Source: Candidatus Methanolliviera sp. GoM_oil
GTDB lineage: Archaea > Halobacteriota > Methanoliparia > Methanoliparales > Methanoliparaceae
Direction: 5' to 3'
NCBI GenBank assembly: GCA_902158735.1
Contig: CABGHG010000001.1
Coordinates: forward strand, 1 to 30,589
DNA length: 30,589 nt
Shown here: one piece after another, positions 26,276 to 30,589 of the stretch
How the letters are laid out: each line of letters starts with the position of its first letter
Position numbering within the stretch: position 1 is the first letter of the stretch
Translations under genes and position numbers: made by a program
Notes under the pieces: model-generated
Database searches by the model: none
The model's input: only the letters and a program-made list of their open reading frames with translations
What the model was told of the DNA's origin: nothing

Positions 26276-26592
26276 TTATCCAGGATCTAAAAAGGGAATG
26301 AACTTCAAGAATACTTCAAGCAGCGTTTTCTCAGGTTTTTTGAGCATTCCAGCTCTCCTCATTGCAGAGAGCTTTATATGATTTTCAATTCCCTTATCCT
26401 TCCGAAGTTGTTTCTTTCTGTGCGTCTTGAGACTTGTTGAATAATAGTTCTCAAGTAAATTATTAGTGGCAGGAGCTCCTTTCACGAAGTAGAAGCTGTG
26501 AGGTACTTCCAGTTCTTCTTTATCATCTCCAATCTCTTTCTAACAGGTGTGCTAAATGAATAGAACTCCTTCATAAGATCATCGAAGGTCCT
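26276..26592 (-). pseudogene. Truncated, frameshifted transposase C-terminus (resembles methanogen ISNCY-type transposases, from memory)
   Basis: Three frames join as RTFDDLMKEFYSFSTPVRKRLEMI / KKNWKYLTA / FYFVKGAPATNNLLENYYSTSLKTHRKKQLRKDKGIENHIKLSAMRRAG...FIPFLDPG*. At least two frameshifts; N-terminus absent. Confidence 0.7.
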
Positions 26593-26632
26593 CAAAAATC
26601 TTCGATTTTTGGGATCCCACGACGAAGTCGTC
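26592..26632 (-). repeat. Dimeric hairpin element at the 5' break of the transposase fragment
   Basis: CAAAAATC-TTC-GATTTTTG (26593-26611), palindrome TGGGATCCCA (26610-26619), ACGAC-GAA-GTCGT (26619-26631); same layout as 18617-18658. Confidence 0.8.
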
Positions 26633-26833
26633 AGGAGAAAAAGAACAAACCATCGCTAGATTTTCGGACTGTGCCGGTTTGAGAACAGCTGTTTTCAGTG
26701 CTTTAGGTGCGATAACCTTCAACATTTCTTCCTTATGCATTCTTCGATTCATAAATGGATATTCTGCACATAGGCAGTGCGACTGCTATGCTGATTACAA
26801 GGTTTAAATATTTTCTTTACCCTAAAAAGAGCC

Positions 26834-27805
26834 TTATTTTTTTGCCTTTATTCCAGTGATCCCATCTTTTTCAATGTCAAATAGAATCTCCGTCTCTTCA
26901 CCATCTTGCACGATGAGTTTCCTCCCTTCGATTATCTCACCAATTCTTTTTGCGTCGAGTAGATGGTCTTTAAAGACAGTTATCACTTCTGCTGTATCCT
27001 TCTTTTTGCAGGTTACCACAAACCCCATCCCCGGATACATCTTGAGCCATTGTTCCATCTCTAACCCATCAGGTATGGGTATATCATTTATATCTACGAT
27101 TGCCCCGACCCCACTGACCTCAAGAAGCATGCCGAGTGTTCCAAGCATTCCAGGATTACTCAAATCTTTTCCCGCCGTCACAAGTTTTCTTCTTCCCAAT
27201 ATTCTCATGGATTCCATCTGTCTCTTCAACGTCTCACCATCTTTTAAAGTGACGCTATCCCAACATAGGCTACATGTGGGGTAAATTCTGCCGTTCAAAT
27301 CCACGCCCACGACGACATCTTCGCCGACGTTTGCCGTGTGGCTATAGATCACAGAATCTTTCTCTGCTCTTCCTACGATGGTGATACCCAATGAATTGTA
27401 TGAAGTGTTTGGGTGGAGGTGTCCTCCGACGATCGGTACTTTGAACTTCTTTATCGCGTCCTGCATGCCTTTTAAAGCTTCCATGCAAAATTCTTTGGAC
27501 TTCATTGCGAGAATGTTCACCATTGCAAGGGGAGTTCCTCCCATCGCACAGATGTCGTGAATGTTTACAAGTATGGAGCAATAGCCTGCCCAGTATGGAT
27601 CGGCGTCTATCATCTTTTCCCATATACCATCCGCTGACATGAGAATGATATCATCCCCAAAATCGAGGACTGCGGCGTCTTCCCCAAAAGAAGCTATCAC
27701 AAAATCCTCCTTCTCTTCAAACCCCTCTACAATGTGACCTATATCGCTCTTCCTCTTGACACCGTCAAACTCTCTTATTTTATGTAGCAGATCTTTTAGA
27801 TTCAT
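26834..27805 (-). CDS. Methanogenesis marker protein 2 (PurM/AIR-synthase-like)
   Basis: MNLKDLLHKIREFDGVKRK, FGEDAAVL, ADGIW, DPYWAGYCSILVNIHDICAMGG, VGGHLHP, GKDLSNPG. Likely start ATG 27805; the ORF-track extension to 27853 is the hairpin element. Confidence 0.85.
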   Translation of the reverse strand: MNLKDLLHKIREFDGVKRKSDIGHIVEGFEEKEDFVIASFGEDAAVLDFGDDIILMSADGIWEKMIDADPYWAGYCSILVNIHDICAMGGTPLAMVNILAMKSKEFCMEALKGMQDAIKKFKVPIVGGHLHPNTSYNSLGITIVGRAEKDSVIYSHTANVGEDVVVGVDLNGRIYPTCSLCWDSVTLKDGETLKRQMESMRILGRRKLVTAGKDLSNPGMLGTLGMLLEVSGVGAIVDINDIPIPDGLEMEQWLKMYPGMGFVVTCKKKDTAEVITVFKDHLLDAKRIGEIIEGRKLIVQDGEETEILFDIEKDGITGIKAKK

Positions 27806-27853
27806 TTGAAAATCTCCGATTTTCAAGTGTGCAAATCGAAGATTTGCACTCAT
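27806..27853 (-). repeat. 48-bp dimeric hairpin element directly upstream of the marker-2 ATG
   Basis: Two perfect 9-bp stems: TTGAAAATC-TCC-GATTTTCAA (27806-27826) and GTGCAAATC-GAA-GATTTGCAC (27829-27849). Confidence 0.9.
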
Positions 27854-27914
27854 CGTTGATCTCTATTTTAAAAACCGTTAAATATAAATTTTGTTCATCC
27901 TCATTCTATATTGG

Positions 27915-29261
27915 ATGATTATAGACTGGACAGAAAAATATAGGCCAAAAACGATAAAAGAGATCGTCGGAAACGAGAGAGCAGTAGAGCATTTTAAGAG
28001 ATGGATAAAAGATTTTGGAGGTGGGAGGGTCAAAAAAGCATCAATTCTATATGGTCCTCCTGGAGTTGGAAAGACCTCCTCCATTTATGCACTTGCAGGA
28101 GAAGAAGGACATAAATACGATATAATCGAGCTAAACGCAAGCGATCAAAGAACATACAAAGTTATCAAAAGGATAGCGGGCTCTACTTCAAAAACTTCTT
28201 CTTTGGAGGGTAAAAAAAAGATAATACTCTTGGACGAGGCAGATAATTTGCATGGAAACGCTGATAGGGGTGGGGCCAAGGCGATAGGGGAGATAATAAT
28301 GGGAACAAGGCACCCAGTCGTATTGGTAGCTAATAACCTCTCTAAAATTCCTACAGGTGTCAAGAATCGGTGCAAGAAGATAAAATTTGAACAGATAAAA
28401 AAATCTTCCATCTCAAAAGTTTTAATGGATATATGTGAAAGAGAGAATATCACGTTCGACGATGACGCAATAAAGAGAATTTCGGATAAAAATAGGGATT
28501 TAAGAGCCGCTATAAATGATTTACAGGCTATATCTATTGGAAAGACTCATATAGGCGTCGAGGACGTCTCCGTTTATGGAAGGGATGTTTTCTTCGGGAT
28601 GAATAATAGAAGAGATAGATCTCACTTCTTAAACGCCATCTTTAGGAATGATGATCCGAAACCTCTCTTAAAGATGGTGATCAATCTGGATGAAACGCCC
28701 GAAGATTTGATACAGTGGATAAATGAGAATCTATTCAAAGCTTATTGGGGAAATGACCTTATTTTAGCTTTAGATTGCCTATCACGAGCAGATTTGTACA
28801 TGGGAAGGGTATATTCAAATCAAAATTATGGGTTATGGCGTTATGCGGTGGATCTGATGACTACAGGTGTTCAACTCTCAAAAAACAAAAGGTATGAAGA
28901 TATAGACTACTCCAGTCCGTCCAGGTGGAATATACTTGGTAGAGCAAAGAAATCGAAGAAGATTGGAAACGAGGTTTGTTACAAAGTATCAAAAAGGTAT
29001 AATATCTCAATGAAAAAGGCTAAGATGGATGCTCTGCCATATATAAAAAGGCTGTGCATGGACAAACATACGTTAGTAGGTATTAAAAAGGAACTAAACC
29101 TAAAAGAAGAAGAATTAGTGCTTATTTCTGGTATCAAAAGTGAAATTATCAATAATATATTAAAAGAGGAGATAAAACACGATGAAAACGTAAAAAAGAA
29201 GGCGATAGAAGATAAGAGTGGTAAAGCGAGGCAAAAATCCGTCTTTGATTTCTCTTCATGA
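27915..29261 (+). CDS. rfcL: Replication factor C large subunit
   Basis: DWTEKYRPK, LYGPPGVGKTS, IELNASDQR, ILLDEADNL, C-terminal PIP box QKSVFDF. ATG 27915 is about 27 nt after TATA-like TATAAAT (ORF track uses TTG 27891). Confidence 0.95.
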   Translation: MIIDWTEKYRPKTIKEIVGNERAVEHFKRWIKDFGGGRVKKASILYGPPGVGKTSSIYALAGEEGHKYDIIELNASDQRTYKVIKRIAGSTSKTSSLEGKKKIILLDEADNLHGNADRGGAKAIGEIIMGTRHPVVLVANNLSKIPTGVKNRCKKIKFEQIKKSSISKVLMDICERENITFDDDAIKRISDKNRDLRAAINDLQAISIGKTHIGVEDVSVYGRDVFFGMNNRRDRSHFLNAIFRNDDPKPLLKMVINLDETPEDLIQWINENLFKAYWGNDLILALDCLSRADLYMGRVYSNQNYGLWRYAVDLMTTGVQLSKNKRYEDIDYSSPSRWNILGRAKKSKKIGNEVCYKVSKRYNISMKKAKMDALPYIKRLCMDKHTLVGIKKELNLKEEELVLISGIKSEIINNILKEEIKHDENVKKKAIEDKSGKARQKSVFDFSS

Positions 29262-29378
29262 TCTTCGATGACCATCAAGATAGAAAAATGGGCTTGTTCT
29301 CGCTCAAAGATCAAAAACCTGATCTTTGGAAGCACCCGCATATTTTTGTATAGTACTCTGTAAATATCCCATAATAAG

Positions 29379-29484
29379 TGCCGGGGGCGGGATTCGAGCC
29401 CGCGACCTTCAGATATCCCAGGCGTCTCTTCCACACACAAGCACCCTATGAGTCTGACGCCCTAACCAGCTAGGCCACCCCGGC
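29379..29484 (-). tRNA. Elongator tRNA-Met (CAT) with a 32-nt intron (29415-29446); CCA not encoded
   Basis: Acceptor stem GCCGGGG/CCCCGGC-A (G1-C72, so not initiator), anticodon stem TCAGA/TCTGA, anticodon at 29450-29448, intron at 37/38 forming a canonical bulge-helix-bulge (CUCA/UGGG central helix). Confidence 0.95.
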
Positions 29485-29560
29485 AACGGCGAATAATTAA
29501 GGATCGTTAAAATAATTTTCTATGCCGTTGATTTACAGCACTGATCTTCCTATATTACAA

Positions 29561-30070
29561 TTATGGAATCTCTAATCTCCATTTGCAATAACAGTCATCC
29601 GGGTGATCATCCGGGGGGCACACAATGCAGCTCAATTTGGCATCAGAGTCGATTTCGCGGGCAAAATTTGTGAAGTAAAGTATTCCCGGTTCTTTGCACG
29701 GAAATTCACTCTTACCCCATTTAATTCTTGCTTTTTGTGCGGAGCACGATGGATTGCAAAGCACCACATGTTTCTCCGTCTGTTCCAAAACTTCAAATTC
29801 CTCCACAAAATTTTCCGGGACAAACCTAAATGCATTAACGAACCCAGGGATACCTTCTCCTATGTTAAAAATCTTTTTAATTCTTTTCGCGTGTGATCTT
29901 CCAACATCGCCGATTAATTTAAGTTCCAATTTACATGCGGCATCAAGCCCATATTCATCCTCTACGGCAGATCTCCACCTCTGGTGAAGATTCCCCCAAA
30001 ACCACATCATAGTCTCTATTAAATTCTCCATCTGTGCTGTCGAAAGACCTTCCAATTTTTCCGATCCCAT
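29561..30070 (-). CDS. Cys-rich hypothetical protein, DUF6125/V4R-like from memory
   Basis: 169 aa; CSAQKAR, EFPCKE, LSCIVCPPDDHPDDCYCKWRL pattern. Confidence 0.65.
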   Translation of the reverse strand: MGSEKLEGLSTAQMENLIETMMWFWGNLHQRWRSAVEDEYGLDAACKLELKLIGDVGRSHAKRIKKIFNIGEGIPGFVNAFRFVPENFVEEFEVLEQTEKHVVLCNPSCSAQKARIKWGKSEFPCKEPGILYFTNFAREIDSDAKLSCIVCPPDDHPDDCYCKWRLEIP

Positions 30071-30097
30071 TTTATATACACATCCTGTTTAAATTAT

Positions 30098-30589
30098 TTA
30101 AGTGATGTTCTCTATAACCTTCTTCAAAGAGCGTTCTATCTCCTCTCTACATCTTAAATAGCTTGAGTCGTCTTTACCGAACGGATCAGCGATGTCATCA
30201 TCAAAGATCGAAGATTTATAATTATCGTCATCTCTGACGAATTCCTTTAATGTATATACTTCTTTTCCTTTTGCCTCTTTAAACTCTAGCACCTTATCCT
30301 TCTGCTCTCGCGTCATCGATAAAATTAGATCTGATTGCTCTATTAAATCTCTGTGCCATCTTAATGATGTCGTGCGGAAATTTTCAAAGAATTCGTTATA
30401 GAATCCATCATTGTCAAGGGCGAGCCTTGCGTCTAAGGACATAAGTCCACCATTCCTCGCGGCAGAGGAAACCCCTGCCGATCGAACCTCCATGCCATCA
30501 GGTATCATCTTTTTGAGCATGGCTTCTGCCATTGGGCTTCTACATGTGTTTGCACTGCAGACGATCAATATGGACTTATATTCCTTGTG
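30098..30589 (-). CDS. Low-molecular-weight phosphatase (LMW-PTP/YwlE family), probably 5'-partial
   Basis: CSANTCRS (CX5R), SAGVS, DLILSMT, TLKEF, DIADPFG. The frame stays open to the window edge (HKEYKSILIVC), so the start is probably outside the window. Confidence 0.9.
   Translation of the reverse strand, partial: HKEYKSILIVCSANTCRSPMAEAMLKKMIPDGMEVRSAGVSSAARNGGLMSLDARLALDNDGFYNEFFENFRTTSLRWHRDLIEQSDLILSMTREQKDKVLEFKEAKGKEVYTLKEFVRDDDNYKSSIFDDDIADPFGKDDSSYLRCREEIERSLKKVIENIT

Noticed and set aside
26579-26752. 57-aa minus-strand ORF (MNRRMHKEEM...QKSKIFEDLR)
   Set aside because: It runs through palindromes and the hairpin element, has no recognisable family, and is probably a chance ORF.
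27806-27853. 16-aa N-terminal extension of marker 2 as a true protein domain
   Set aside because: It consists entirely of the repeat element, which puts a well-spaced GGAG before ATG 27805. It is reported as a repeat instead, although some translation from 27853 cannot be excluded.
29415-29446. tRNA-Met intron as a novelty
   Set aside because: It is at the canonical 37/38 position with a standard bulge-helix-bulge, common in archaeal elongator tRNA-Met; too short to encode anything.
1-30589. CRISPR arrays, cas genes, rRNA, intact transposases or integrases, and selenocysteine/pyrrolysine readthrough
   Set aside because: No supporting pattern was seen; the recognised genes end at expected lengths.

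Overview
Archaeal (euryarchaeal/Halobacteriota-type) chromosomal window built around an intact S10/spc ribosomal superoperon (uL3 to uL15, secY, DUF106; 10112-23770). Left flank: a B12 acyl-CoA mutase operon (large subunit with an isobutyryl-CoA-mutase-like Phe/Gln signature, B12-binding small subunit, partial MeaB), a 57-aa highly basic ORF missed by the ORF track, aIF1/SUI1, smc-scpA, nadE and a stand-alone nifB. Right flank: an unknown 125-aa protein, an ADP-forming acyl-CoA synthetase alpha subunit with a large insertion, a frameshifted transposase fragment, methanogenesis marker protein 2, the RFC large subunit, an intron-containing tRNA-Met, a Cys-rich DUF6125-like protein and a partial LMW phosphatase. 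Marker 2 with acyl-CoA remodelling genes suggests an MCR/ACR-bearing alkane- or fatty-acid-oxidising archaeon (for example Methanoliparia or Syntrophoarchaeia; inference only). The most unusual signal is a dispersed family of about 24-nt triloop-hairpin modules (stem AAATC/GATTT, loops GAA/GGA/AAA) present as 1-, 2- and 4-mers. Four copies end directly at a start codon and supply its GGAG Shine-Dalgarno sequence. One 48-bp copy is inserted in frame in the RNase P protein gene rnp1 and shows compensatory stem changes. uS3 also carries a 7 x 30-bp tandem-repeat tail. All assignments come from reading the sequence and remembered motifs; no searches were run.
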